Assembly: GCA_030054115.1 (NCBI GenBank)
Contig: JASGCL010000004.1
Location: 106-64,105 of the forward strand
Origin: Hydrotalea sp.
Lineage (GTDB): Bacteria; Pseudomonadota; Alphaproteobacteria; JASGCL01
Direction of reading: 5' to 3'
DNA length: 64,000 nt
Positions 1 through 9,468 of the stretch are shown here, in pieces. Positions within the stretch are counted from its first letter, which is position 1. Each line of letters begins with the position of its first letter. The translations under genes were made by a program, and so were the position numbers. The notes under the pieces were generated by a model. That model did not search any database. It was given only the letters and a program-made list of their open reading frames with translations, and was not told the DNA's origin.

Positions 1-17
1 ATTTGGAGAAATTTATT

Positions 18-620
18 ATGAGAGAAGCAGATATAAGACACTCTCTAATACAAGAGATTCAAAATTTTTATAAAAATGAGCCTGCGCTTATAGTTGAAGA
101 GCTAGGTCTACAACATGGCGCATCACGTATTGACGTTGCCGTCATTAATGGAGAAATCCATGGTTATGAAATAAAAAGCGATGCAGACACGTTTGAAAGA
201 TTACCGGCGCAAGCTTTAATTTATAATAAGGTGCTTGATAAAATAACTTTAGTGGTTGGCCCTAATAATTATAAAAAGATACATGACTATAATAATATGA
301 TACCCAAGTGGTGGGGATTAAAGGTGGCGAAAAGTAATAATAGAAATGAATTAATTTTAGAAAGCAAAAAAGAGGCCAAGAAAAATACTGCCCTTGAGCC
401 AATGGCGATAGCCCAACTTTTATGGAAGGACGAGGTGGTAGAAATACTTCGTAATTTTTCAATTGCGAATAAAGAATTGAGAAAACCAAAAAAAATATTA
501 TATGAAATATTAATTCAACATATGAATTTAAAAGAATTGCAAACTGAAGTCAGAACACTGCTTAAGTCGCGGCCAGCTTGGCGATATCAGCAACAACCTT
601 CTCCATATGGCGATTCATAG
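18..620 (+). CDS. Small AT-rich protein with a PD-(D/E)xK-like signature (IDVAV...YEIKS). It may be the sce7726-like partner of the adjacent Beta_protein-like gene. The ORF track starts at a TTG at position 3 and the first ATG is at 18; the true N-terminus may lie upstream of the window.
   Basis: The ORF translation shows the motif D-x(12)-E-I-K typical of restriction-endonuclease-fold proteins. GC is about 30%, against about 50% for the backbone. The 3' end overlaps the next gene convergently by 59 bp. Confidence 0.35.
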   Translation: MREADIRHSLIQEIQNFYKNEPALIVEELGLQHGASRIDVAVINGEIHGYEIKSDADTFERLPAQALIYNKVLDKITLVVGPNNYKKIHDYNNMIPKWWGLKVAKSNNRNELILESKKEAKKNTALEPMAIAQLLWKDEVVEILRNFSIANKELRKPKKILYEILIQHMNLKELQTEVRTLLKSRPAWRYQQQPSPYGDS

Positions 621-1623
621 CAACATACACCCACGTGCCTAAATTTCCATGACTTCCACCTTTTGCACAAGTTTCTATATATTCATCTCCTTTAGAAAAA
701 TATTTTCCATCAAAAAATGGCTTGCTAATAATATAGTTGCAGATATTTCTATATTGCCTAAACCCATCGGCTAGCCTAACATTTTTTCCTACAACGACAT
801 ACCAATGGTCATCATGTGTATAGCGTACTTTAGCTAATGGTTTTATTAACCTCATATCAAATTCTTTTGGGTAGTCCGATGTGCCAACAAGGTAATCCCC
901 AAAGCTTGGTATTCTAACGCCCTCATCACTTGTTACCTTATAAATTTTTTTATAAGTTATCCATTCTTTTCTAGGTATATCATAAGTCCCCGCTCTTATA
1001 GATTCTTTCGGATAATGACCGCCAATAATAACTACCATTTGCCAACGATTAGCAAATGGAATTCTTTTAAGAATTTCTGAATGAATGCCAATTGGCAAAT
1101 CATTGTCTTTTATATCAATAACTAGAAACGAATCATCCTGAGTGCATTTTAGACTATCTAGAATCGTCTGAATTTTATTATCTAAATTATCAATGTCTAA
1201 ATCGTGTGGGGTTATTCTAAGACATACTTTTTTTATTAAATGAGTGGTAATTGATATATCTTTTATATAATCTTCATTGCTACTAATATAAACTACAGGA
1301 ATAAAAGGGCCAGAAAAATCTTTCAGATTATTGAAGATATATTTTGTAGAAGAATTACCATCAGCCATATGCTCCTCATGAATATGACACGTGTCAATAA
1401 AACAAGGTCGCGATGGCCATTTAGATTTTAATCTTTTTATAAACTTTTCTAGGTGTTCATCTATTGTTTTTGAAGCGCTACTATTTTCAAAATCGTATCC
1501 AATGCGCGGTATTTCTATCAATGGAATGATTTTATCTTTTGTGGAATCTTTAAGCTCTGACAAAGCTTTATATTCACCCAATTTCCACTTTATAACAGGT
1601 ACGTAAGTTGTATGATTTATCAT
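562..1623 (-). CDS. 353-aa protein resembling the Beta_protein / sce7725-like family (N-terminus MINHTTYVPVIKWKLGEYKAL), function unknown, candidate defence or abortive-infection component
   Basis: The length and N-terminal YVP(I/V)(I/L)KxKxGE pattern match my memory of the Beta_protein family; I cannot run an HMM. The gene is AT-rich, and a long AT-rich leader lies upstream of it at 1624-1800. Confidence 0.4.
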   Translation of the reverse strand: MINHTTYVPVIKWKLGEYKALSELKDSTKDKIIPLIEIPRIGYDFENSSASKTIDEHLEKFIKRLKSKWPSRPCFIDTCHIHEEHMADGNSSTKYIFNNLKDFSGPFIPVVYISSNEDYIKDISITTHLIKKVCLRITPHDLDIDNLDNKIQTILDSLKCTQDDSFLVIDIKDNDLPIGIHSEILKRIPFANRWQMVVIIGGHYPKESIRAGTYDIPRKEWITYKKIYKVTSDEGVRIPSFGDYLVGTSDYPKEFDMRLIKPLAKVRYTHDDHWYVVVGKNVRLADGFRQYRNICNYIISKPFFDGKYFSKGDEYIETCAKGGSHGNLGTWVYVAMNRHMEKVVADIAKLAAT

Positions 1624-1869
1624 ATTTTTCTCCTTATAATATTATTTATATTGCTTTATATGATAAAAAAATAAAAATATCAACAAAAAAATAATTTAAC
1701 TCAAATTTTTTTAAGAAAATAGTTATTTTTATTCGCTTTTGTCATATTTTTATCACATTCTTATTGAATAATGGCTAATAATCTATATTTTTGCAATTAT
1801 GAGAATAAAAAATATCACCATTGCCACCCCCCGCCACCCCGCCGGTTCTAGGGGCGCGGCCTGCCCTAA

Positions 1870-2230
1870 AAAAATCCCCCGTCCGTCATCCTTCGAAACC
1901 CGCGCCGCTCGCCCCTCTCCCCGTCATTCTCGAAACCCGCATATGCCCGCGCCTTAGCGCGGGATAGGGCGAAGCCCATGCGGGTTATCGGGAACCCAAT
2001 CCTTGGCCTCAACTTTGCCCGCTCTCAAACAGCCATCGCCAATATATTTGCGCTATCGCTTCGCTACTTGAGCGCGGCTGGTTGGTAAAATGACAGCTTC
2101 GCTGGCGAATGATTATTACTTTGGTGAAAGGCGACGCCAAGGATTGGTTTCCCGATAATCGTTGCGAATGGTTTGCGATATTGCTGAACGCAATATCGCT
2201 CGCAACGATTTCGAGAATGACGGACGGAGG
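1870..2230. repeat. MITE-like nested imperfect palindrome. The arms ccgtccgtcatYcTYcgaaa (1871-1895 and 1923-1941) pair with tttcgagaatgacggacgg (2207-2229). The arms ttatcgggaacccaatccttggc (1988-2010) pair with gccaaggattggtttcccgataa (2137-2160). An internal perfect hairpin cccgcgc-ctta-gcgcggg lies at 1944-1961.
   Basis: I found the inverted repeats by reading both strands. No credible ORF lies inside; the six-frame ORFs in this interval are GC-rich noise. Confidence 0.5.
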
Positions 2231-2619
2231 GGGTGGCTGGGCGACCGAGCGAAAAAAGGCAGAGAAGATAGCGATGCCATAAAGCCTCCATTGCTTTAGC
2301 AAGGGAGGGATAAAAACAGGGAGCGATAGCGACCATGTTTTTTGGGTGGGTTCGCCAACTTGATTTTTTATAAAAAGAATAGTGGCGAAAAAATCTAGCT
2401 TCCCTTGTGGTCAAGGGAAGAAGAAAAACAGGGAGCAAAGCGACCATGTTTTTCAGTTAGGTTAGACGCCATTTGCGAATCTGAACTGGTGTCTAACCCC
2501 CCTACAAAATATCTCGCTCGCTTCGCTTACTCGTATTTTGTCCATCCCGTCGGCGGTATCACAAGGGAGGCAAGGCCTCTTACCCTCTTTGCCGAACTTT
2601 TTTATAAAAAATGCTGGTC

Positions 2620-2665
2620 GCACCCCCGCCACCCCGCCGATTCTAGCGCGCGGCCTGCCCTCAAG
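2620..2665. repeat. Copy of a roughly 45-bp GC-rich dispersed repeat, core (g)gttctagSgcgcggcctgccct(caagca). It lies 3' of the lipoprotein gene on the minus strand.
   Basis: It is nearly identical to 1836-1870 and 3003-3035. The motif gcaactaag is shared with copy 2996-3045. Confidence 0.6.
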
Positions 2666-2686
2666 CAACTAAGTGATAGGGTGAAA

Positions 2687-2947
2687 TTATTTAGCCTGCC
2701 GCGCTAGTAATTTAGCGCAATCGACCTGCACGCCACCTTGGCCGCCGCCGGTTGAAATGCCCCGCGCCCAGGTAAGCTTCGCGCTGGAATCTGCCTGCAC
2801 GCTGGTCATGCCGGCCAACTTACATGTTGCTACCGCATTGTCCCGCGACGACGTTAAAATATAATCTAACTTCGTGCCACAACCCGCAAAACCAACCGCC
2901 GTCGCCGCCAATAATATAATACGAATTTTCATTTTCATTTTTTTCAT
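2687..2947 (-). CDS. Small putative lipoprotein of 86 aa with signal peptide MKKMKMKIRIILLAATAVGFAGC. The lipobox is FAGC.
   Basis: It has a classic Sec/SPII signal plus lipobox. The gene is bracketed on both sides by copies of the 45-bp repeat. Confidence 0.5.
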   Translation of the reverse strand: MKKMKMKIRIILLAATAVGFAGCGTKLDYILTSSRDNAVATCKLAGMTSVQADSSAKLTWARGISTGGGQGGVQVDCAKLLARQAK

Positions 2948-2995
2948 TGTAAATCATCTTAATAAAAAATTATTTCTTATGCAACTCGTGGCAAC

Positions 2996-3045
2996 TAAGC
3001 TGGTTCTAGGGCGCGGCCTGCCCTCAAGCAGCGCAAGCGATAGGG
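2996..3045. repeat. Third copy of the GC-rich dispersed repeat (gcaactaagctggttctagggcgcggcctgccctcaagcagcgcaagcgataggg)
   Basis: It is a direct repeat of 2620-2665 and 1836-1870. Its reverse complement matches ccctatcgcttcgctg...ttgaggg seen at 2047-2075, 34705-34745 and 48135-48165. Confidence 0.6.
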
Positions 3046-3049
3046 CAAA

Positions 3050-4093
3050 TTAATTGTGGCTGTGCTTGATGGTATTTTCCGGCACGGGCCCAAGGATTTT
3101 TTGAATGATGTCGGGGGTGATTTCGGCGCGGTCGGGGAATTGCGGCGCGGCGGCCTCGGCGGTTGCCCCCTCCTCAATCGCGCGTAATGTCGGCCCGTCG
3201 GTGCCGCAACAACCGCCGATTAACCGCGCCCCCAGCGCATATGCCAATCGGCCGTAATCGCGCATCATCTCCGCCGTGCCGTCAAATTCAAATGTCCCCT
3301 TGCCGTCGGTTTTGTTGACAACATATTGCGGCACGCCGCGGTTGGCCTTCGCCACCATCAACGGCGGGTTGGCCATGTTCATGCCGGCCAAATGCCGTTG
3401 CCATTGCCACAGGCTGTAAACCGATTCGGCCGGGCTCTTGCCGCAATTAATGCCGCAGGCAACAATGTTACCCGACATTTTTAATAAATCCTCCACCGCC
3501 TTTTCCGGCGAAATACCCATCATGGTTTTGCCGTTAGTGTCAAATGTCATGGTGACGACAATATTTTTTTTGCCGATGTTTTTGTCGGCCGCCGCGACAA
3601 TCGCCGCAACTTCCTCAACCGCCGACATGGTTTCAACCCATATAAAATCGGCCCCCGATTTATCCAGCGCGACAATTTGTTCGCCGAAACCCGCCATCGC
3701 GTCATCATGGGTCAGCAACCCCAGCGGCATCAATAATTCGCCCGACGGGCCAATGTCGCCGCCGATAAAAACCCTGCGCCCGCCCGATTTTTTTTCAATC
3801 GCGGTTTTGACATTTTCCACCGCCAGGCGGTTTAATTCGGCGACTTGCGATTCGGCCTTATGCAATTTTAAACGGTAGGGGTTGGCGCCAAAGCTGTTGG
3901 TCAGCACAATATCCGCGCCATTGTCGATAAATTCTTCATGCACCGATTGAATTTTTTCTGGCTGGTCGCGGTTCCACAATGCCGGTTCATCGCCCGACAA
4001 CAAACCACGCACGAATAAATTTGTCCCCATCGCCCCGTCTAGCAATAAAAATCCCTTGCTATTGTTTTTTATCGCATCGTGCAATGGCGTCAT
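3050..4093 (-). CDS. mmuM: Homocysteine S-methyltransferase family protein (MmuM/BHMT-like)
   Basis: The sequence runs through the S-methyl_trans domain ([10 protein letters not shown] ... GGCCGT). Its start overlaps the folE stop in an ATGA arrangement. Confidence 0.8.
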   Translation of the reverse strand: MTPLHDAIKNNSKGFLLLDGAMGTNLFVRGLLSGDEPALWNRDQPEKIQSVHEEFIDNGADIVLTNSFGANPYRLKLHKAESQVAELNRLAVENVKTAIEKKSGGRRVFIGGDIGPSGELLMPLGLLTHDDAMAGFGEQIVALDKSGADFIWVETMSAVEEVAAIVAAADKNIGKKNIVVTMTFDTNGKTMMGISPEKAVEDLLKMSGNIVACGINCGKSPAESVYSLWQWQRHLAGMNMANPPLMVAKANRGVPQYVVNKTDGKGTFEFDGTAEMMRDYGRLAYALGARLIGGCCGTDGPTLRAIEEGATAEAAAPQFPDRAEITPDIIQKILGPVPENTIKHSHN

Positions 4094-4779
4094 GATTTAT
4101 TTTTTTCGGCGGCTAAACATTGTTGTTCAAAATTATGGCGCAGGTCCTTGTCGTCCTTAAAAATGCCATGGTAATGTTTGGTGATGGTGTCGACCCCGCC
4201 CTTTTCAATGCCGCGCGTTTTCATGCAAAAATGCTCGGCGGTTATCAACACCGCCACGCCCTTGGGCTTCAGGGCATGCAAAATCGCGTCGGCGATTTGC
4301 TTGGTCATGGTTTCCTGGGTTTGCAATCGTTTGGCAAAAACCTCGACGACGCGCGCAATTTTGCTGATGCCGACAATTTTGCCCGCCGCGTGATACGCCA
4401 CATGGGCATGGCCGATAATCGGCGCCAGGTGATGTTCGCAATGGGAATGAAATGGAATGTTGGTCAGCAAAACCATATCGTCGTAACCCGAACTTTCGGT
4501 AAATTGTTTGGCAAGGATAGCCTCGGGCGAAATTTTGTAGCCGTTGAAATAATCGTCGAACGCCTTAACCACGCGTTTCGGCGTGCCGACCAAACCATCG
4601 CGGGTTGGGTCTTCGCCGATATATTCCAGCAACGTGCGCACCGCGGCCTCGGCAACCTCGCGCGGGACATTCACATGGCTATGCGGGGCGTGGGTGTGAC
4701 CATTGCCATTGGTTTTATCACCGGTTAATGACGGGTGTGGGGTCACGTTGGCCATCAGCTGGGTGGTTTTTTGGTTCAT
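4090..4779 (-). CDS. folE: GTP cyclohydrolase I
   Basis: It carries the conserved FolE core including [19 protein letters not shown]. Confidence 0.9.
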   Translation of the reverse strand: MNQKTTQLMANVTPHPSLTGDKTNGNGHTHAPHSHVNVPREVAEAAVRTLLEYIGEDPTRDGLVGTPKRVVKAFDDYFNGYKISPEAILAKQFTESSGYDDMVLLTNIPFHSHCEHHLAPIIGHAHVAYHAAGKIVGISKIARVVEVFAKRLQTQETMTKQIADAILHALKPKGVAVLITAEHFCMKTRGIEKGGVDTITKHYHGIFKDDKDLRHNFEQQCLAAEKNKS

Positions 4780-5084
4780 AGGCTTTTCGTCCTTGATATC
4801 TATATAAGTTTGAGGTGATGGTTATGCTGTTTGCTTTTTTGGCAACCCGTTGGTAACAATTGTTGTTTTTTCACAACTTGTTTTTTGCTCGGGGCATTGG
4901 TCATGACCGCGTGTAACGCTTGGTTTGCACTATGCCCGAAAAAAGCGATTTTGTCTAGCTAGAAAAAAATCATGCAAAACAGCAACATCACGGGTGGCGG
5001 CGGTTGCATGATAATTATACCATTTCGCGGTTTGGCCAAACCATGCTATAATGCGGTTGGTGGCGGAAAGATAAAAAAACAAAG

Positions 5085-5681
5085 ATGACCAATAATATAA
5101 AAAACGACTTGCCGGGCAATAACAACCATGACAATAACCATGGCCGGGGCGAGGACATGACCGCGTTTTATGAAGAAAAATTATTAAAAATGGCCGAGGA
5201 ATTAGAGCAGGAAAAGGCGGCGCGGCCGCTCGGCCTGCCCGGGGAATTATTGGGTGATGCCTTACGCGCCGCGGTCGACGGCAGTGATTTTGCCAAGGCC
5301 GCCGCCGCCGCGCCGCATGTTGGCGAAAAACACAATCGGCTGTGCGGCAGCACCATGAACGTGGCATTTTGGTTGCAACAAAAAAATGGTGAGGAATCGA
5401 TTGCCGCGCTTTTTTTAAAACCGCAATCCTGCCTGTTGGGGCGGGTGTCGGCCGCGTTGTGCGAACGGAACCTTGTCGGTGAAAACTTGGCTGGTATAAA
5501 ATTGGTGCGCGGTTTGTTGCGCGATCTGTTGGCGGGTCGGCGCGCCGACATGCCAAAACCATTCGATGGTTTTTCGGTATTTGCCGCGGTGCGGTATTTG
5601 CAAAATCGTCACAGCGCGATATTGTTGCCGCTGGATGTTATTATCGACACGTGGGAGAAAGACAAAATACAAAATGCGTGA
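5085..5681 (+). CDS. Hypothetical protein of 198 aa that overlaps the hisI start by 8 nt
   Basis: The long ORF is co-oriented with and directly upstream of hisI. I recognise no family, and an antisense ORF of similar length exists, so its coding status is uncertain. Confidence 0.4.
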   Translation: MTNNIKNDLPGNNNHDNNHGRGEDMTAFYEEKLLKMAEELEQEKAARPLGLPGELLGDALRAAVDGSDFAKAAAAAPHVGEKHNRLCGSTMNVAFWLQQKNGEESIAALFLKPQSCLLGRVSAALCERNLVGENLAGIKLVRGLLRDLLAGRRADMPKPFDGFSVFAAVRYLQNRHSAILLPLDVIIDTWEKDKIQNA

Positions 5682-6012
5682 CGATGAATTTTTGGCGGCA
5701 ATAAAATTTGACGACCGCGGGTTGGTGCCGGTGGTGGTGCAGGCGATTGGCGACAACATGGTGCTGATGCAGGCATTTATGAATCGCGACGCCGTAACCC
5801 AAACATTGCAAACCGGCCGTATGGTTTTTTGGTCGCGGTCGCGCAATGAATTGTGGGTTAAGGGGGCGACATCGGGGCATTACCAACATTGGCAAGAATT
5901 ATTGTTGGATTGCGACGGCGATAGTTTGTTGGCGCGGGTTACGGCCGACGGGCCGGCGTGCCACCTGGGCACGGTCAGTTGCTTTCAACGAAAAATCAGC
6001 CGCGCGAAATAA
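5674..6012 (+). CDS. hisI: Phosphoribosyl-AMP cyclohydrolase
   Basis: The HisI fold is evident in LVPVVVQAIGDNMVLMQAFMNRDAVTQTLQTGRMVFWSRSRNELWVKG. The ATG at 5674 is in frame. Confidence 0.85.
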   Translation: MRDDEFLAAIKFDDRGLVPVVVQAIGDNMVLMQAFMNRDAVTQTLQTGRMVFWSRSRNELWVKGATSGHYQHWQELLLDCDGDSLLARVTADGPACHLGTVSCFQRKISRAK

Positions 6013-6140
6013 TCGCGGCACGGGTTTTTGCGCCATCAATGAGATATCTTTGCCCCGCCCCTCTATGGGTATAATCAGCCGGCACGGGAGCCAACATCAA
6101 CTGGCGCAAGATTGCGCACCGCAATCACACGCAGGCAACC

Positions 6141-7025
6141 CTAATGCAAAAATTTATGCAGGAATTGTTTTAATTCGGGGGATGATGGGTTTTTGAAAAT
6201 CACCGATGGTGGGCCTTCCTCCAATATCCGCCCCTTATGCAAAAACACCACGCGGTCGGCAACATCGCGGGCGAATGCCATTTCGTGCGTCACCACCAAC
6301 ATGGTGCGGCCTTCCTCGGCCAATTTGCGCAGGACCGATAAAACCTCCCCCACCAATTCGGGGTCCAGGGCCGATGTTGGTTCGTCGAACAACATGACCG
6401 CCGGTTCCATCATCAAGGCGCGGGCGATAGCCACCCGTTGTTGTTGCCCGCCCGATAATTGTATCGGGTAATGGTTTTCATGGGTCGCCAAGATATTCAC
6501 CTTATCAAGATATTCACGTGCCTTGGCGGCGGCGATGTCCTTCGCCATTTTTTTAACCGTCATCGGCGCCAGCATCATGTTGTCCTTAACGCTCAAGTGA
6601 CTCCAAAGATTAAAATTTTGAAAGACAAAACCAACCTCGGCGCGTAAATTGCGCAATTGTTTTTCATCGGCCGCAACCAATTTGCCCTTTTCGTTTTTTA
6701 ATTTTAATTCCTCACCCTGGATAATAATACGCCCCTTGCTTGGGAAATCCAGCAACGGAATGGCGCGCAACAGCGACGATTTCCCCGAACCCGATGCGCC
6801 AAGGATGGCAACCACCTCGCCCTTTTGCGCGGTCAGGGAAACGCCCTGCAATACATCGTTATCGCCAAAGGTAAGATGCAAATCCTCTATCACCAGCGGC
6901 GGCACCGGTTTGCCTTTTTTTGATTGTTGGCTGGTCGCCGCGCCATTTAAAATGGCACCGTTAAGCCCTGTTCCATTTTGCCCCTCATGTCCCGTCCCAC
7001 TTGCTACGTCGTTATGCGGTGTCAT
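6141..7025 (-). CDS. Polar-amino-acid-type ABC transporter ATP-binding protein with a roughly 45-aa Gly/Asn/Thr-rich N-terminal extension
   Basis: Walker A GASGSGKS, the signature [15 protein letters not shown], and Walker [12 protein letters not shown] are all present. No permease or binding protein gene is adjacent. Confidence 0.85.
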   Translation of the reverse strand: MTPHNDVASGTGHEGQNGTGLNGAILNGAATSQQSKKGKPVPPLVIEDLHLTFGDNDVLQGVSLTAQKGEVVAILGASGSGKSSLLRAIPLLDFPSKGRIIIQGEELKLKNEKGKLVAADEKQLRNLRAEVGFVFQNFNLWSHLSVKDNMMLAPMTVKKMAKDIAAAKAREYLDKVNILATHENHYPIQLSGGQQQRVAIARALMMEPAVMLFDEPTSALDPELVGEVLSVLRKLAEEGRTMLVVTHEMAFARDVADRVVFLHKGRILEEGPPSVIFKNPSSPELKQFLHKFLH

Positions 7026-7111
7026 GATGATTTGCCTTATAGATTTATATTTATTTTAATCGTTATTGTAGTGCATTTAGACTAATTTGCAAGGACAAAA
7101 TATTGTAAATA

Positions 7112-8581
7112 TTATAGCAAATGTAGAAAACTGCCCATGATATTACCCGTGCCATGTCCGTGCCCATTGCTGGCAACCTCGCCATAATCGCCAAGCTTAT
7201 TATGCAACGAATCCTCCACCGAAAAAAGCGGCGCGGCAGTTTGCGGGCTAAGGTTGGCGCAATAGTGAAATTCGTGGCCATAGCGGCTGTCGTCGAACAG
7301 CAAAGAAAAAAATGCCTGCTGGTTCGGCGACAGGTTTTTTTGATATGGCTGTAGGTGGCGATAGCCAAGATGGAGGCTGGGTTTGGCAAAACTGGTGCGG
7401 TGCGGCAAAAGCCCCAGGGCGGGGAACGCCACCCCCGCGCCATCGATAATTTCTTGCCCCAGCATCATAAACCCGCCGCATTCGCCATAAACCAATGATT
7501 TGGTTTGCCGCAGATTTTGAAAAAATTGTTTGGCGTTGGATAGTTCGCGCAAATGGAGTTCGGGGTAACCACCCGGCAAAAAAATCGCATCGGCATTGTT
7601 GGCGGGCGTTTCGTCGGCCAGGGGGGAAAAAAAACTTACATCAATATTTTTTTGTTGCCAAAAAAACAAATGATGGGGATAGATAAAACCAAATGCCCTA
7701 TCCCGTGCCACCGCCAGGCGATAGGGCGCGCCCGATGGTTGCCGCGCCGCGCTGGGGGAATTTTCTTGCGCTATATTATTTTGCGCTATGGGTTCTCGCA
7801 CCAAACTGGCCGCTAAAATCTCCCGCCATAATGCCGGGCCGCAGGCGGTTTCAAAATCCCGCGCCAATTGCATAAGGTTATGCCGCGTGTCGCGCCAGGT
7901 TGTATCATCCCATTCCTCCGCCTGGTGCAAGCCCAAATGGCGATGCGGCAGGGTAAAATCCTGCTGGCGCAAAAACACCAATGGGGTGGGCAAGTTATGA
8001 TTGCGCCAACAATCTTGCCATTGGTTTTTATCGACCGCAATTTTTTTAACCTCATTCACCACCACGGCCAGCAGGCGATATTGTGTTGCAATCGGTTGCA
8101 CCATGGTGGCAATCGCCTGTGGGTTTTCATCGCCGCGCACCAACAGCAACAGGGCGAAACCAAAATCGCGGGTTATGGCGGCGGTGTTGCCCGAACCATG
8201 GCGGCTGGCACCGCGCGCGCCATCGAACAAGCCCATCACGCCCTCGATAATTCTTGGTTGGCCGATGGTCGATTGGTTGAGCAGGGTGATAATTTTATCG
8301 CGCGGCATGGCAAAACCATCGAGGTTGAAACATGGCCGTTCGGCAATGCGACCGTGAATTTTTCCATCGAGGTAATCGGGGCCTATTTTATAAGCTTGCG
8401 GCACTGCGCCCTGTTGTTTGGTCGCGGCCAACAGCGCGGCGGTCAATGTGGTTTTGCCGCTACCGCTGGCGAGGGTTTCGGCCACCGCCGAGATGACCAA
8501 CCCGCCATTATTGCCGCCATGGTGGTTGGCATGATGGTTGGCATGGGGTGTCATGAATCGATTTTTTATTGTGGTTGCCAC
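7112..8581 (-). CDS. cobB: Cobyrinate/hydrogenobyrinate a,c-diamide synthase (CobB/CbiA). The start could be either 8581 or 8554.
   Basis: The N-terminus has a P-loop GSGKTTLTAALLAA. The C-terminus has a glutamine amidotransferase domain (GECGGFMMLG). Confidence 0.85.
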   Translation of the reverse strand: MATTIKNRFMTPHANHHANHHGGNNGGLVISAVAETLASGSGKTTLTAALLAATKQQGAVPQAYKIGPDYLDGKIHGRIAERPCFNLDGFAMPRDKIITLLNQSTIGQPRIIEGVMGLFDGARGASRHGSGNTAAITRDFGFALLLLVRGDENPQAIATMVQPIATQYRLLAVVVNEVKKIAVDKNQWQDCWRNHNLPTPLVFLRQQDFTLPHRHLGLHQAEEWDDTTWRDTRHNLMQLARDFETACGPALWREILAASLVREPIAQNNIAQENSPSAARQPSGAPYRLAVARDRAFGFIYPHHLFFWQQKNIDVSFFSPLADETPANNADAIFLPGGYPELHLRELSNAKQFFQNLRQTKSLVYGECGGFMMLGQEIIDGAGVAFPALGLLPHRTSFAKPSLHLGYRHLQPYQKNLSPNQQAFFSLLFDDSRYGHEFHYCANLSPQTAAPLFSVEDSLHNKLGDYGEVASNGHGHGTGNIMGSFLHLL

Positions 8582-9399
8582 CAGGCAAGGTCATTGGCCA
8601 AGGCGGCATTTTGCCCAACCACAACAATGGCCGGCGTTTCGGCCTGGCGTGCCATCGCCGGTAATTCGGCCAACAAACCATGCAACGCCCGTTGCTTGGC
8701 GGTGGTGGCGTGGCTGATAATCGCCACCGGGTCATTTTTATCGCGGCCGGCCAGCAATAATTTTTTGGTGATAAGCTCGGCATTTTTAATCGCCATGTAA
8801 AGCACCAGCGTCGGCGCGGCGAATGCCACCGCCTGCCAATTAATATCCTGCGGCAGGTTATCATCATTGCCACCCAACGATTCGACAGCGGTTGGCATGT
8901 CCTTGCCCACACCGCCGCCGACGCCATGACCGGTCAGAAAAATAACCGCGCTGTTGGTGTCGCGACTGGTCAGGGGGATGCCGGCATAGGCCAGGCCGCC
9001 GATACCGCTGGTGATGCCGGGCACAATGCGATAGGCAATGCCGGCCTGCTTCAGGGCGGCCGTTTCCTCCGCGCCGCGACCAAACACAAATGGGTCGCCG
9101 CCTTTCAATCGGCACACCCGTTGGTTGGCGCGGGCTTCCTTAATCAAAATGGTGGTGATGTCGGCTTGCTTGGGCGATGGTTTGCCGCCGCGCTTGCCGG
9201 CGTAAATCAATCGCGCGTTTTTTTGCCGATATTGCAAAATGCTGTTTTCGACCAACGCATCATGCACCACGACATCGGCGGTTTGCAGTGCCAGCACGGC
9301 ATGCAATGTCAACAACCCGGGGTCGCCCGGGCCGGCCCCGACCAGCCAGACCTCGCCCTTTTTTATGCCATTTTTTTTATTGATAAGCGACGTTGTCAT
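8566..9399 (-). CDS. cobA: Uroporphyrinogen-III C-methyltransferase (SUMT)
   Basis: The motifs VWLVGAGPGDPGLLTL and GGDPFVFGRG are present. The start is set at the internal Met (MTTSLINKK). Confidence 0.85.
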   Translation of the reverse strand: MTTSLINKKNGIKKGEVWLVGAGPGDPGLLTLHAVLALQTADVVVHDALVENSILQYRQKNARLIYAGKRGGKPSPKQADITTILIKEARANQRVCRLKGGDPFVFGRGAEETAALKQAGIAYRIVPGITSGIGGLAYAGIPLTSRDTNSAVIFLTGHGVGGGVGKDMPTAVESLGGNDDNLPQDINWQAVAFAAPTLVLYMAIKNAELITKKLLLAGRDKNDPVAIISHATTAKQRALHGLLAELPAMARQAETPAIVVVGQNAALANDLAWWQPQ

Positions 9400-9468
9400 T
9401 TTTTTGTCACTGCTTTTCCAAGTTTTTATCAATACCATTTTTATGGCAAAAAGCCTATAGCTAAAAAT

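Noticed and set aside
2009-2707. Several 60-130-aa ORFs in the GC-rich repeat region
   Set aside because: They overlap each other on both strands, are Arg/Pro/Ala-rich as expected for GC-rich noncoding DNA, and coincide with the palindromic repeat structure.
2620-3045. Integron gene cassette (attC-ORF-attC) hypothesis for the repeat-flanked lipoprotein
   Set aside because: There is no intI, attI or Pc nearby. The repeats lack clear R''/L''-L'/R' attC architecture. The same repeat family occurs at unrelated sites at about 34.7 kb and 48.1 kb, which fits a REP-like dispersed element better.
4930-5562. A 210-aa minus-strand ORF antisense to the hypothetical gene 5085..5681
   Set aside because: It has a GC-rich antisense frame with an Arg/Pro/Ala-rich composition. 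The plus-strand ORF is co-oriented and coupled with hisI, so it was preferred, though neither is strongly supported.
7868-8800. A 310-aa plus-strand ORF spanning cobB and cobA
   Set aside because: It is antisense to two strongly supported genes and shows no homology pattern.
8926-9468. The upstream 180 codons of the 603-aa ORF containing cbiD
   Set aside because: This segment is antisense to the well-supported cobA gene and is GC-rich noise. CbiD homology starts at the internal Met, 9469.
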